A stretch of 64,000 bases of DNA, taken from contig OX597837.1 in NCBI GenBank assembly GCA_951406725.2, positions 8,866,001-8,930,000 of the forward strand, written 5' to 3'. The notes beneath the pieces were generated by a model. That model ran no database searches. It was not told the origin of the DNA and saw only the letters and a program-made list of their open reading frames with translations. Source of the stretch: Octopus vulgaris (taxonomy: Eukaryota). A program made the translations under genes and the position numbers. Positions 1 through 12,742 of the stretch are shown piece by piece; within the stretch, counting starts at the first letter, position 1; each line of letters begins with the position of its first letter.

Positions 1-357
1 GAATGCAGTAAGCAAGCGAGTAAAGGTTGTAAGAGCAAGCATGAGTATACTGGTAAAAAAACAGGGCATTGGAATGTTTGCGTGTGGTTTCAAGGAGACA
101 GAAAATTAGTTTCAAGGATACAGATAAGTAGTAGCGGTTGTGGCAGAAAATAACGGTAGAATTTTATAGGATATCCTCAGAAAAGCTGATCATCTTATTG
201 AAGCAGGAAAACCTGATTTGATTATAGAGGACCTCCACCGGCAAATATACCAGTGGGCAATCATAGACTTTGCAGTGCTATGCGATAATAAATTGAATAG
301 GCAAAAATTTGAAAAAATGGAGAAAAATCAGGACCTAGACAAAGGGATGGAGAAATA
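1..357 (+). mobile_element. Decayed non-LTR retrotransposon fragment, CCHC plus restriction-like endonuclease region (R4/Dong-like)
   Basis: Manual translation with one frameshift: ECSKQASKGCKSKHEYTGKKTGHWNVC ... [66 protein letters not shown], matching the C-x-x-LA..Y..RH / ILWD / RPD / IID.A / K..KY.DL pattern of RLE LINEs. Confidence 0.75.
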
Positions 358-361
358 GAAG

Positions 362-540
362 ATGACTTCCTTGTTTCTCTCCTTGTTTTTTTCTGTGTAT
401 CTTTCTGTTGAAGAGCGTAGGCTTGAAACGTAAAAGACTTGTTTTATTTCTATTCCTGAGCGCCATACTAATACAACTGTTTGTTTGTACTCCACCTGCC
501 TTCGTCTTTTGTTTATTTTCGTAAACCTTCCCGTGATATA
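362..540 (+). mobile_element. Short non-autonomous Penelope-like element carrying a hammerhead motif, ending in (TA)n
   Basis: 401-436 CTTT-CTGTTGA-A-GAGC-GTAG-GCTT-GAAA-C-GTA-AAAG; homologous to minus-strand copies at 16313, 27827, 28184, 59049. Confidence 0.65.
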
Positions 541-582
541 TATATATATATATATATATATCGATAGATAGATAGATAGATG

Positions 583-625
<43 letters not shown>

Positions 626-641
626 GGATAGATAGATAGAT

Positions 642-689
<48 letters not shown>

Positions 690-729
690 GGATTGATAGA
701 TAGCTAGATGGATAGATAGATAGATAGAT

Positions 730-815
<86 letters not shown>
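537..815. repeat. Compound (TA)n/(TAGA)n microsatellite
   Basis: Direct reading. Confidence 0.95.
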
Positions 816-816
<1 letters not shown>

Positions 817-1500
817 AATAGGGTGTAAGAACGTTAGAAGAGATTAAGATAAAATAAGAGACAAGAAAGACAACGAAATATAGAACAGAGATAAGTGAAG
901 GAGAAAATCGGAGGCAAAGAGAAAGAGAGTAAGAAAGAAAGATACGAAGAAAGATAGATAGAAACAAAAGGATGAGAGCAAGAAAGACGGAAAGAAAAAC
1001 ATTAAATAGTGTTTAATCATATTAATCTGGCTATCTGTGGTTTTCACTGCAACGGTGTCGACCTCTTTTGCTGCTTGGATAATGACACGATGTTACTTAA
1101 TGGAATTCAATACCACGTAGTGCTTTGTCCTCTAATGCAATATTGTGTAATATAATGCAATCGAAAGCAGTGAACACATTGTTAAGTGTTACGTAAACCG
1201 GATATAATTGGGTTTCTTGTTTCGTGTTTTATGTTAAGCGAAAATATGATGAGATAATGTATTAAGCGAAAAGGAATCGGGGTGAGTGCGCTGTACTTGT
1301 TGTGGAAGTGTCTCGGTAAATATAGTATAATGCGTAGAAACGGTGTGTGTGTGTGTGTTCGTTGAGGTATTCAGGAATATTCTTGCATAAACAGACACAC
1401 ATATGCAACCCCTTTAATATATGTACATATGTATTTATATATATATATATATATATATATTTATTTATTTATATATATACATAGATAGATAGTTATAGAA

Positions 1501-1582
<82 letters not shown>

Positions 1583-1635
1583 TAGATAGATAGATAGATA
1601 GATATAGATATAGATATAGATAGATAGTTATAGAA

Positions 1636-1678
<43 letters not shown>

Positions 1679-2059
1679 TGTATCTATATATGTAAATATA
1701 TATATGTAAATTTATCTATACATATATACATGTATATCCGTATCTTTATGCATCATATGTATGGTAAATAATATATATATATATATATACACACGCACAC
1801 TCACACACATATATATATATATGTATGTATGTATGTATATAGTTACATATAGATGCAAACATGATTATATTATATATATATATACATACAATAATGCACC
1901 ACACAGGCATATACACACGCACACATGTGTTCGTATTTAAAGACATGATTAAGTTCGTGTTTGATCTCCTGTAAGGATTTTTCCTATTTCTTTATCAGCC
2001 TTTCATACAGAGAGTTTATAACAATACCGTTCTTAATGGTGTTCCAGAATCCATTCGAC

Positions 2060-2100
2060 CATTAACGTTTAAAGAGCTTCGCTGCCTCTTCATCAGAATG
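2060..2100 (-). ncRNA. Degenerate hammerhead ribozyme motif (GAAA box mutated)
   Basis: Minus strand CATT-CTGATGA-AGAG...CTCT-TTAAA-C-GTT-AATG; stem I CAUU/AAUG and stem II AGAG/CUCU pair. Confidence 0.45.
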
Positions 2101-2594
2101 CAGTAATTGTAACAACGTAATGCTATTCTGGCGTATAGCAGTATGTAACAACGTATCAAGGGTCATTGTTATAACAGATAACATCGCCAGCCAAAAAATA
2201 CGGTGGCATAACCATTACCAGTATTTGGTTATAAGAGCGTGAATGTGTTGAATCTTTATAGGAGTAGAGTATTTCAGAGCTGTGGTTAGACTTGGTAATC
2301 GTCAAGAATTATTACGAAATATGGGACATCTTTGATAAGATGTAACAAACTTGAACATGGATATGTACTTAATATAACGTTTGTTACAGATTCGGTTCAT
2401 AATATATTGGCGTGTCTTTATCGTTTAATTTTTTTTCTTGTTACAGTTATAGAAATACGCCGACGCAAAGGCACCGCCTTCAGGAGATTGTAACTGAAGA
2501 CATCGACCTGAATACATATCATTAAGTCTAGCATTTATTCTATCTGTTTCTTTCGCCTATATATATATATACATACATAATACATATATATATA

Positions 2595-2800
2595 GTTAAT
2601 CCAAACATGAAAACACAAAGAGAAAACACAACAACGCGAGGTCGTGGAACAAGTATAGCATCATTGGACGCTCAGGAAAGAAGGAAAGAAGGAGGGTTTA
2701 ACGTTTCGAGAGGAGCTCTTCGTCAGAAACATAGGATAATGAAAGATCCAAAGAAGGGAGAACGGAGGAAAGAATCGCCAACGGTACATACGCGGTCACA
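2595..2800 (-). mobile_element. Short non-autonomous Penelope-like element with minimal hammerhead (2696-2730), flanked by (TA)n
   Basis: Minus strand GTTT-CTGACGA-A-GAGC-TCC-TCTC-GAAA-C-GTT-AAAC; closely similar copy at 43614-43820. Confidence 0.7.
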
Positions 2801-2822
2801 TATATATATATAGATAGATATG

Positions 2823-2871
<49 letters not shown>

Positions 2872-2901
2872 GCGAGAAAGAAGCAACAAGAATGGATAAG
2901 T

Positions 2902-2992
2902 TTTTAGTACAATCGTTTCATACAAAGACAGGCTTTATTAAAAGTTGCAAAAATTGCAGCATATAAACGTGTCCCGTACTCATCAGCTAAAA
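2902..2992 (-). ncRNA. Type I hammerhead ribozyme with canonical core and long stem II
   Basis: Reverse complement of 3260-3350. Confidence 0.75.
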
Positions 2993-3259
2993 TACATGTG
3001 AGTTCTCTAGACATCTTAGTGGTTGAGGCTATACTCATGAAGTAATGTAGATAATTAAGTAACATAAACAGATTTCCAAAGTTCATTAAATTCATAGTTC
3101 ATGATGCTATTAAAACTTTTTTAAAAATCTGTGATAAGACTGTACATCATCTTTAAAGAACTTTAATGAACTTTGGAAATCTGTTTATGTTACTTAATTA
3201 TCTACATTACTTCATGAGTATAGCCTCAACCACTAAGATGTCTAGAGAACTCACATGTA

Positions 3260-3350
3260 TTTTAGCTGATGAGTACGGGACACGTTTATATGCTGCAATT
3301 TTTGCAACTTTTAATAAAGCCTGTCTTTGTATGAAACGATTGTACTAAAA
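3260..3350 (+). ncRNA. Type I hammerhead ribozyme with canonical core and long stem II
   Basis: TTTTAG(3260-65)-CTGATGA(3266-72)-GTACGGGACA...TGTCTTTGTAT-GAAA(3333-36)-CGATT-GTA(3342-44)-CTAAAA(3345-50); 6-bp stem I, GUA cleavage triplet. Confidence 0.78.
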
Positions 3351-3491
3351 ACTTATCCATTCTTGTTGCTTCTTTCTCGCTTATAATCACCCCACATTAC
3401 TGTATTGTTAAAACCGTATAGTTTTTTGGTGCATCTAAGTTAGGTACCATATTCAAGTAAATTCATTAAAATTGACTTGAATCTTTATTGC

Positions 3492-3545
<54 letters not shown>

Positions 3546-3807
3546 TATGTATATATATATATAGAGAGAGAGAGGGAGAGAGGGGGTGAAAGAGGTTATG
3601 AGATGTAATGGTGTCAATAAGATCCAAAGGTGTTAGGTAATGCTGAGTAAGTGCTATGGACAGACTATAGTTAAGCTCCAGGTTCGGTGATTATTCAAAT
3701 GAGGATTCCAACGTAGGTAATATATAAGCATGTGTATATATAAAAAATTCCAAAATGAGATTAAAATCCAAGGCTGTGAAAGATTTTAAAACATTTATAA
3801 ATAGAAG

Positions 3808-3855
3808 GTCTTACATATGTTTTCGGGATATTTTATATATCTCTTCATCGGAGAC
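3808..3855 (-). ncRNA. Hammerhead ribozyme motif, CCGAUGA core variant
   Basis: Minus strand GTCT-CCGATGA-A-GAGATAT-ATAAA-ATATCCC-GAAA-ACATAT-GTA-AGAC; stem I GUCU/AGAC, palindrome ACATATGT. Confidence 0.6.
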
Positions 3856-4074
3856 GGTGTGAGAGAATGGCTAAGCAATAGTTAATATGGATAAGATATG
3901 AAATAGAGAGTGAAGTGGAGGAATGAAAATAGACATGAGATATGTATGGATATTGCATCTGTAGACATGAGAAAAAATGCGGAAGACATAACTGGGGTAT
4001 ATGCGTCAACCTCATTGAGTGATCGGAGTTCTCTTTCAAACAGGGTCAACGTTTTGCAGTGAACAACTTCACAT

Positions 4075-4232
4075 GTTTCGGGATTCAGTCCCACAGTTGC
4101 AATCTATCAATTTCACTCAGAAGGCTTTTGGTAGGTTCGAGGCCATAGTAGAAACCACTTGCCCAAGGTGCCACAGAGAGTGATTGAACTCAGAATCAAA
4201 CAGTTGTGAAGCAAAGTTCTTACCACACAGCC
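4075..4232 (-). mobile_element. Partial SINE family 1 (5' part)
   Basis: Reverse-complement similarity to 4324-4480 (ccacttgcccaaggtgccac...cttaccacacagcc). Confidence 0.7.
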
Positions 4233-4323
4233 GGTTCATTTTGGAAACACTCGAACTGGAAGAACATAAATTTATAAAAAATTTATTAAAAAATTTATAA
4301 AAAATTTATAAAAGAATAGTCCA

Positions 4324-4742
4324 GGGCGCAGGAGTGGTTGTGTGATAAGTAGCTTGCTTACGAACCACATGGTTCAGGGTTCAGTCCCACTGCGTGGCAC
4401 CTTGCGCAAGTGTCTTCTACTATAGCCTCGGGCCGACCAAAGCCTTGTGAGTGAATTTGGTAGACGGAAACTGAAAGAAGCCCGTCGTATATATGTATAT
4501 TTATATATGTGTGTGTATATTTGTGTGCCTGTGTTTGTCCCTCCAACCTCACTTGACAACCGATGGTGGTGTGTTTACGTCCACGTAACTTAGCGGTTCT
4601 GTAAAAGTGACTGATAGAATAAGTACTAGGCTTACAAAGAATAAGTCCTAGGGCGTGTCGATTTGATCGACTAAAGGCGGTGCTCCAGCATGGCAGCAGT
4701 CAAATGACTGAAACAAGTAAAAAAGTAAAAGAGTAAGGAGTA
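4324..4742 (+). mobile_element. Full-length tRNA-head SINE family 1 with internal (TA)/(TG) tract
   Basis: ggcgcaggagtggttgtgtg...ggttcagtcccactg (A/B-box-like) ... ggcggtgctccagcatgg..cagtcaaatgactgaaacaagtaaaa; high similarity to 8020-8424 and 20893-21340. Confidence 0.9.
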
Positions 4743-5162
4743 AGAATGAATCCCTTGGATTAAAAAATCGGAGGTTGTATTTGAGACTCGAAACCGCATC
4801 TCTTTTATACATACTTATTCATGCGTAGTTATATATGAGCATGTGTTCGTGTTTGCTTCCATGCGTGTATGTATATCAAACCTATTTTATACCGCTGTGT
4901 CATGGAATGTGACGGGAATCAATAATCACAGCAGGTGAGCAGACAAACATCCACGTAGACACACAGGTAAGTGTAAACGCATGCGCGGGAATATGTATAG
5001 ATACTTAGATAGGTAGAGAGAGAAAGAGAGGCATGGTTTGATACACACACACACTCTCTTTCTCATACATACACACATATGTATATATTTAGACAGATAG
5101 ATAGATAGATTAGTAGATAGCAAGATAGACAGGTACATATATAAATATAACACACACATATG

Positions 5163-5200
<38 letters not shown>

Positions 5201-6019
5201 CATATATATATGTGTATATATATATACATACATACATATATATATAAATATATATATATATACTTACATACACACATATCTATAGATACACACACATAAA
5301 TAAAACTATATATATATAGTTACATACAAGCATATCTATAGATACACACACATAAATAAATATATATATATAAACACACATTCATACATGCATACATACA
5401 TACATAAATACATACATACATACATACATACACACACACATACATACATACATACATACATACATACATACATACATACATACACACACATACATACATA
5501 CATGTATACATACATATATCTTTATACATATGTAAGACCGTATGCCGCACAATTCTTGTAGATGATAAGGTCACGATCGTTATTGACCTGGAGCTACACA
5601 GCAACAACAGCAACAGCATCAACAACATCATGTCTCATTCAATGCAACAGTATGCATTGCTAATGCTCCATTCTGCATGTGCGCATATGCATGTTGGAAA
5701 CCTATTGTAATTAGTGCATCTTATTTCAAGTAATGCATAATGAAAGTTTGGAGAAAGAAAAACAGGGAAAGAGAGAGAGAGAGAACGAGAGAGATGGCGT
5801 GGGCGAGAAAATGAGAAAGGGGAAAGTACCAGAAACACACACTCGCGCGCGCGTAAACATATACACATACACACACACACACATTCACGCACAATCGACC
5901 ACCCTGATATGTATTTATGCGTGTGCATAGAAATATATACACCTTGTGCATTGGAAGATATAAATATCCACACACACGCATATATATGTATACATAAATA
6001 CACACATATATATATATAA

Positions 6020-6068
<49 letters not shown>

Positions 6069-6261
6069 AATATATGCAAATATATACACGTATATATACA
6101 AATATATACATGTATATGGATATATATATATGTATATATGTATGTATTTATATACAGATATATATATGTGTATGTGTGTGTGTAAATAATATGCATGTAT
6201 GTATGTATATATATATATATATGTACATATACGTATGTATACATATATGTATATCTATCTA

Positions 6262-6321
<60 letters not shown>

Positions 6322-6934
6322 TATATGTATGTATGTATGTATATATATTAGGGGTAGCTAGGTGGAAAACGGCAGACGTAAATACATGGTTAAAGAGAGT
6401 GGATGACGTGTCATGTAGAATTCTAAAATGTATAGAGTGTAAGTTAGATACAGAAGCATACAAAGACCGAGAGAGAGAGAGAATAGGAAGCTAAAGAAAG
6501 ATAAAGATTATTCAGAAAAACGCAATTGAGCAGCCTACGATGTGCAATACAAAGTTTAATTGGTTTAAAGTGCACACTAGTAAACCAGTGCAACTATGCA
6601 TGTAACATAATGGCGATTGTTGCATCCTTCGTTAATACTGATTCACATTGTAGTGAAATACGTTTAAGATTACACACTCAGAGCAAACGTCTTAAGAAGT
6701 GCGATTTACTCTCATTAAGCTGATTTCTCGATCCACGTCTGTGACCTGCTTTACTTCTCCGAACTTAATCAAATTCTCTTCAGCTTTAGATATTACTAAA
6801 ATCCCCGGTTTTGTTCTTGGGGTTGTTGTTGCTGTTGTTGTGTTCTGTCCATTTTCAGAAAGGTTTCAATAAAGCTACGATCGACTGCATTCCAGATGTG
6901 ACACAGCATACAATAGTCTTGTGTTCTTGTATCT

Positions 6935-7135
6935 GTTTCAGTCACATGACTGCGTGCGGCCAGCCTGCAGCACTGCTTTTAGTCGAAGAAATCGACTCCA
7001 GGATTTATTTTTGGTAAGCGTAGTAGTGCCTATTCTATCGGTCTCTTTTGACAAACCGTTAAGGGGACATAAATATACTAACAGCGGCTATGAAGCGATG
7101 GCGGGAGAACAAACAAACACACATACAAAATCATA
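6935..7135 (-). mobile_element. SINE family 1, 3' half
   Basis: gtttcagtcacatgactgc...ttctatcggtctcttttg matches the reverse complement of the family tail. Confidence 0.7.
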
Positions 7136-7205
7136 CACATACACACGCACACACAAATACATACATACATACATACATACATACATACATACATACATAC
7201 ATACA

Positions 7206-7279
<74 letters not shown>

Positions 7280-7442
7280 AGCTGTTTGTTCTTCCTACTT
7301 GTGCAGAGTCGCTCAAACTTTTACAAGGAGCGGGTTAGACCGGAGTAAACACATAAATGTGAAACAAGGTGGAAAAAGAGTACTCAAATACCAGTGGTAG
7401 AGTAATATGCTTTATTTTAAGCAGCAGAAAATTCAACAAAAT

Positions 7443-7480
7443 CTGTTACTCTGAGTTTCTCGTTGCCGTTCATCAGACAG
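7443..7480 (-). ncRNA. Minimal type I hammerhead ribozyme, canonical core, in a ~150-bp element (7340-7492) next to (TA)n
   Basis: Minus strand CTGT-CTGATGA-ACG-GCAA-CGA-GAAA-CTCAGA-GTA-ACAG; stem I CUGU/ACAG, GNRA-capped stem II, near-palindromic ACTC-A-GAGT stem III. Confidence 0.72.
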
Positions 7481-7500
7481 TTTTTGCTAGAATATATATA

Positions 7501-7556
<56 letters not shown>

Positions 7557-7560
<4 letters not shown>

Positions 7561-7740
7561 CCAGTGGTTAGGGCAGCGGACTCACGGTCGGAGGATCGCG
7601 GTTTCAATTCCCAGACCGGGCGTTGTGTGTGTTTATTGAGGAAAAACACCTAAAGCTCCACAAGGCTCCGACAGGGGGTGTTGGCGACCCCTGTTGCACT
7701 CATTCGCCCCAACTTTCTCTCACTCCTTCTTCCTGTTTCA
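7557..7740 (+). mobile_element. tRNA-head SINE family 3, 5' part
   Basis: tggcccagtggttagggcagcggactc..ggtttcaattccc (A and B boxes); homologous to 23957-24340. Confidence 0.8.
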
Positions 7741-8019
7741 CATTGCTCCAGTGAAATTAAGCGAGTAGCTGAAGGACACATCGCGCCACTTTGAATCGAA
7801 CTCACGTCCTTAAGATCGTCAGCCGAATACGCTAACCACTAAGGCGTGTGCATTCACACAGTCTTCGCCGAATGTCGCTACAATCAGCAATAAACCAGCC
7901 GCTGGTTCTAGAAAACGTGGAAAAGGTGAACAAAGGGTGTATATAGAAACGACATGTAAAATGCCACAAGGCACCATAACTTCGTGTCACAATCGTAGTA
8001 AACAAAAGGAAATATGTAC

Positions 8020-8424
8020 ACTTTTTCTTGTTTCTTTCAGTCATATGACTGCGGCCATGCTGGAGCACCGCCTTTAGTCGAGCAAATCGACCCCAGCACT
8101 TATTCTTTGTAAGCCCAGTACTTATTCTATCGGTCTCTTTTGCCGAACCGCTATGTGACGGCGACTTTAAACACACCACCATCGGTTGTCAAGCAATGCT
8201 AGGGGGACAAACACAGACACACAAACATACACACACACAAATATATATATACATATATACGACGGGCTTCTTTCAGTTTCCGTCTACCAAATCCACTCAC
8301 AAGACTGTGGTCGGCCCGAGGCTATAGTAGAAGACACTTGCCCAAGATGCCACGCAGTGGGACTGAACCCGGAGCCATGTGGTTGGTAAGCAAGTTACTT
8401 ACCACACAGCCACTCCTGCGCCTA
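8020..8424 (-). mobile_element. Full-length SINE family 1
   Basis: Reverse complement of 4324-4742 and 20893-21340. Confidence 0.9.
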
Positions 8425-9702
8425 TATATATATAATATTATATATATATGACGGACTTCTTTCAGTTTCCATCTACCAAATCCACACACAAGGCATTAAT
8501 CGGTCTGAGGCTATAGTAGAAAAGACAGTTAACCATTCTACCTGCTAGAAATAGTAATGAGATATCCTCAAAATCCTATATAACAGCGGACATTTTGGAT
8601 ATCATTGTCAAAGCTTTAAAATGTCTAGACAGAACAAAGGCAAGACGGTCATGGTAGGAATAACTTTGATCATACATCTGTTTGATCAGAGCAGACCTGA
8701 GAGGAGACAGCAACTACAACAGCAGCAGCAACAACAACAACAACATCAATAAGCATTAATGGTATCAATAACAATTACAACAACAATATCTTTCTTCCTA
8801 TATTTTTTCAATATATTCATGGCTTTTGTGTCTGATTTAAAAAGAAAAAAAAATCAATAACGATGTACAGATTTCTATAGAAGTTCGCACGATTAAGACA
8901 CGTTAATATTTCTGTTGCTGCTGCTGTTGTGTCTGGCGGGGGTAGGTTTGTTCTTTTGTAGTCATTATCTAAAGAGTAAATTTGTGAACTTTAAAATTTG
9001 GTATGATACATTATTTTATATTAACACAGCAGTCATGTTAGTGATAGCTTTTTCCCGAAAACCAAACCGTGAATATTTGTTCATTGTTTAAATATGCTAT
9101 GATGTACGTTAACGTGTCAAACATGGCGTTGCATATTGACTCGTATAAAAATGAGAATATTTGTTTCGTATTTCGATATGGTGGTGATGATAGGTGTACA
9201 CTTGTACTCTAACAGGAAGATCATATTTTATTTTATTTCAAAGTTACATGAGTTTTGTTTTATTTCTGTAATCAAACGCCGAATATTCATTGTTTAAATA
9301 TGGTATGATATAGTCTAATGCAGTGCTTTTGAACATGTTTTTGTTGTTGTTTCCCATATTTCTTTTTCATTTTTGTAATTTCCTAGCATATATAAGCCTG
9401 ATTTGTTTGTTTTGGTCCTATATTTCGATTATATGTGTGAATATACACCCACACACACAGACACAGACACACACATGTATATACATATATAGCTCTGTTA
9501 ACTTTATATATAACATATATATAATTTATAACTTAGTTAACTTTATATAAATATATATATACGTATACACACACACATTTTTATATATATATATATATAT
9601 ATGCATATAAACACTCACATATATATACTTGTATGTGTATATGTATATAAGCACGTAATTATATATAAATATTAATATTAATATCTACACATATGTATAC
9701 AA

Positions 9703-9740
<38 letters not shown>

Positions 9741-9936
9741 ATAAAATGAATTTCATAATCGTTATTGATTTGACTTAATCCGTTATTTATGTACAGCGAC
9801 TGTTTGCTCCAACAAATAGTTGCTATTTTGTTTACTAGTATTGTTCAATGAAACCGAACTAAGTAACATTCTGTGTCTGTTCTCATACAGATACGTGTAT
9901 GTATGTATGTATGTATGTATGTATGTATGTATGTAC

Positions 9937-9967
<31 letters not shown>

Positions 9968-10609
9968 TGTATGTATGTATCTTTGTATGTATGTATGTAT
10001 GTATGTATGTATGTATGTATGTATGTATGTATGTATTTATGTATGCCTATACGTATATGTATGTCTCTCATTTTCACCAAGTGTCCTCTAACATAGTCCT
10101 CGGCCCACGAAGTAATTATGAGTGGACCTTGTTGACTCTAACTCAAAAAGAGTTCTTCTTGTGTGTGTGTGTGTGTGTGTATGTGTGAGAGAGTGCATCT
10201 GAGTACGTGTGTGTGTGTCTGTATTTGTGTGTGTTGGTTTCTGTTGGTGTGCGTGCATGGAGTTAGTGTGTCTGAGCGTGTGTGTCTACGTGTGAGAGAT
10301 AGATAGATCGAAACAGATAGAGTGTGTGTGCGTGTGTGTGTGAGAGAGAGATAAGGAGAGAGAGAGAAAGAGAGAGAGAGAGAAAGAGAAAGAGAAAGCT
10401 TATGGCTTGGTGGTTAAGGTATTACACTCCCGATTACAAAATCCTAGTTTCAGTTCCTGAACGAAACGGGTGGTGCATTGAGTTTTTGAGTAAAACATAC
10501 AATCTCATTTCGAAACGAAATAAAGAGGAAAAATATCGCCAAAATTTCACATCTAGTGACATTTTAAAAAATGTAGTTACATTTCAAAAATGCAACTAAA
10601 CGTGGACTG

Positions 10610-10800
10610 TTGGCGATTATTTTCCTCTCTCTTTCATTTCCTTTCAATTTACCTATGTTTCCTGTTTCCGAAAAAGAGCCATGCTCGAAACCTAAAGCAA
10701 CCACTCTTTCTCTTCTCTGAGCGCCTTATTAATACTTGTCCTACGTCCTCACTTTGTTATTTTATTTTTGTTGTCTTTCTTTCTAGTTTTTTTCTCCAGA
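10610..10800 (+). mobile_element. Degenerate copy of the hammerhead-bearing short element
   Basis: gttt-ccgaaaa-a-gagc-cat-gctc-gaaa-c-cta-aagc (10664-10698) followed by ctgagcgcc as in 362-540. Confidence 0.55.
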
Positions 10801-10834
10801 TTATATCTTAATTAGAGCGACCATGTGATAAGAT

Positions 10835-11058
10835 GGCGGCGAGCTGGCAGAATCATTAGCACGCCGGGCAAAATGCTTAGCGTTATTTCGTCTGCCGTTA
10901 CGTTCTAAGTTCAAATTCCGCCGAGGTCGACTTTGCCTTTCATCCTTTCGGGATCGATAAATTAAGTACCAGTTACGCACTGGGGTCGATATAATCGACT
11001 TAATCCGTTTGTCTGTCCTTGTTTATCCTGTCTGTGTTTAGCTCCTTGTGGGTTGTAA
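10835..11058 (+). mobile_element. SINE family 2
   Basis: ggcggcgagctggcagaa...gttcaaattccgccgaggtcgactttgcctttcatcctttcgggatcgataaattaagtaccag; copies at 19218, 21347, 47755, 56760, 61822, 62058 and 18030 (minus). Confidence 0.9.
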
Positions 11059-11059
11059 A

Positions 11060-11300
11060 TATGCGATCAACGGAACAGTCTGCTCGTGTAATAAACGTAC
11101 ACGTGACTGAGCACCCCACAGACATTTGTACCCTTGACTGAGATTTCAAGGAGACTCAGTGTGACACCGTTTCAAGGTTGTCCCTTTGAAATACAGCCAC
11201 TACCACTCATTTTTGCCAGCTGAGTGGATTGAAACAACATAAAATACAGTGTTTTGTTCAAGGATATACCGCGCCGCCGGGAATTGAACTTACGACTTGT
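11060..11300 (-). mobile_element. Diverged SINE, minus strand
   Basis: ccagctgagtggatt...ttcaagga...ccgggaattgaacttacgac reads as a reverse-complement tRNA-head/B-box region; similar to 7755-7860 and 16690-16960. Confidence 0.55.
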
Positions 11301-11854
11301 AAGCTTAATCTTTCGTTGTATGTTTTATATTATAATTTAGCTCAGGGGTAGGCAAAATCTCTTATTCTGTAAATCGCGTACGTAAGCTAGTTAGGTATAT
11401 ACACGAAGCCTCCTCTTTGCGCGCAGTCTTAAATTTAAACGTAAATGACATCGATATGTGTGAGCTAATAGAGATCAAATGAATTTACAGTAGCGTTCAG
11501 TTCATTGCAAAATATTTTATTTGTAATTACAGCAATAGAAATAGAAACTAGATTAATGGAGAGTGAAAATGAATAGAATTGTTAAGAATACACTTATCTT
11601 GGTGGTTATGTAGGTGTTTGCGCCAAAGGCGTAGAGGTTCGTTAGTGAGATTGACTCTTATCATTTACATGGTTGTCTTTTAACCCTTTTAGGGTTTAGA
11701 TCCACGGAGAAAATTGGCACTCTTTCTGTAAAAGAAGATAGTTGCTTTATCTCTGAGAAGGTTGCAATGTCTTCCGGACACACATAGAAACTGAAAATCC
11801 CTTTGTTAATAATTCTTTGGGATCGGTATTCTTCTGAAAACAACTCTGAACTTA

Positions 11855-12204
11855 TCTGATCTCCATATCTACACATCCAAATGGAAATTCTCTTTCAAGG
11901 TGAAATTCGAAATTGATCTGACATCCAACCACAATAAACTGAATCGCGTACGAGATTTGAATATTATCGCGTGGAATAAATACAAGCAGCTTATTGTATA
12001 ACAATGGATGGAAGCAATCTTCTTCGCTGAGTTAAATCCAATAAAGGATCCATGATTACTACCCTAATTATAGGGTGCCAATAAACAGCTGGAATTCCAG
12101 ATCTTTTCGTAAAACCTGAAGTGAAATAGGAATATCCATTACACACTCGGATACACACACAGGGACACACAAAAACACATAAACACACTTACTTAGATAC
12201 GTAC

Positions 12205-12236
<32 letters not shown>

Positions 12237-12340
12237 ATATATAGACAAACACTTATATAGATGCATAGTTAAATGTGTGTGTGTTCGTGTATATATGTAC
12301 ACACACAAATATATATCTATCTATCTATCTATCTATCTCT

Positions 12341-12382
<42 letters not shown>

Positions 12383-12695
12383 GTGTGTGTATATACATAA
12401 ATATATAAGGAGCATCTAGGATTACTTATGGTGAGCAATCCCACTGTAAACCATCTGATAGATATATCCTGGATTCGCTTCTCTGGATTATGAATATTTT
12501 ATGGATTGTAAAACCAAAGCAATTACAATAGATAAGAAGAACATATCTGCATGCTTCTTATTTTTACCAATACGACTGTATAATTGACTGTAGAAAAAAA
12601 AAATATATATATACATATATATATACATGCAGATAGATATGTATACGCCTGTACGCATACGCACACATCACATACAAATATACATACGTACAAAC

Positions 12696-12742
<47 letters not shown>

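Larger units (their letters stand above)
2872..3380. repeat. 219-bp inverted repeat (arms 2872-3090 and 3162-3380, 71-bp spacer), Penelope-like inverted pseudo-LTR arrangement
   Basis: Arms read as reverse complements; ORF track gives identical peptides on both strands (2904..3095- and 3166..3348+). Confidence 0.95.

Noticed and set aside
2904-3348. Identical 60-63 aa ORFs on both strands
   Set aside because: A by-product of the inverted repeat; the conserved signal is RNA structure and the peptide has no recognisable domain.
7557-7620. tRNA-like sequence (also near 23970 and 4330)
   Set aside because: No complete cloverleaf; it continues into a repeated SINE body, so it is a SINE head.
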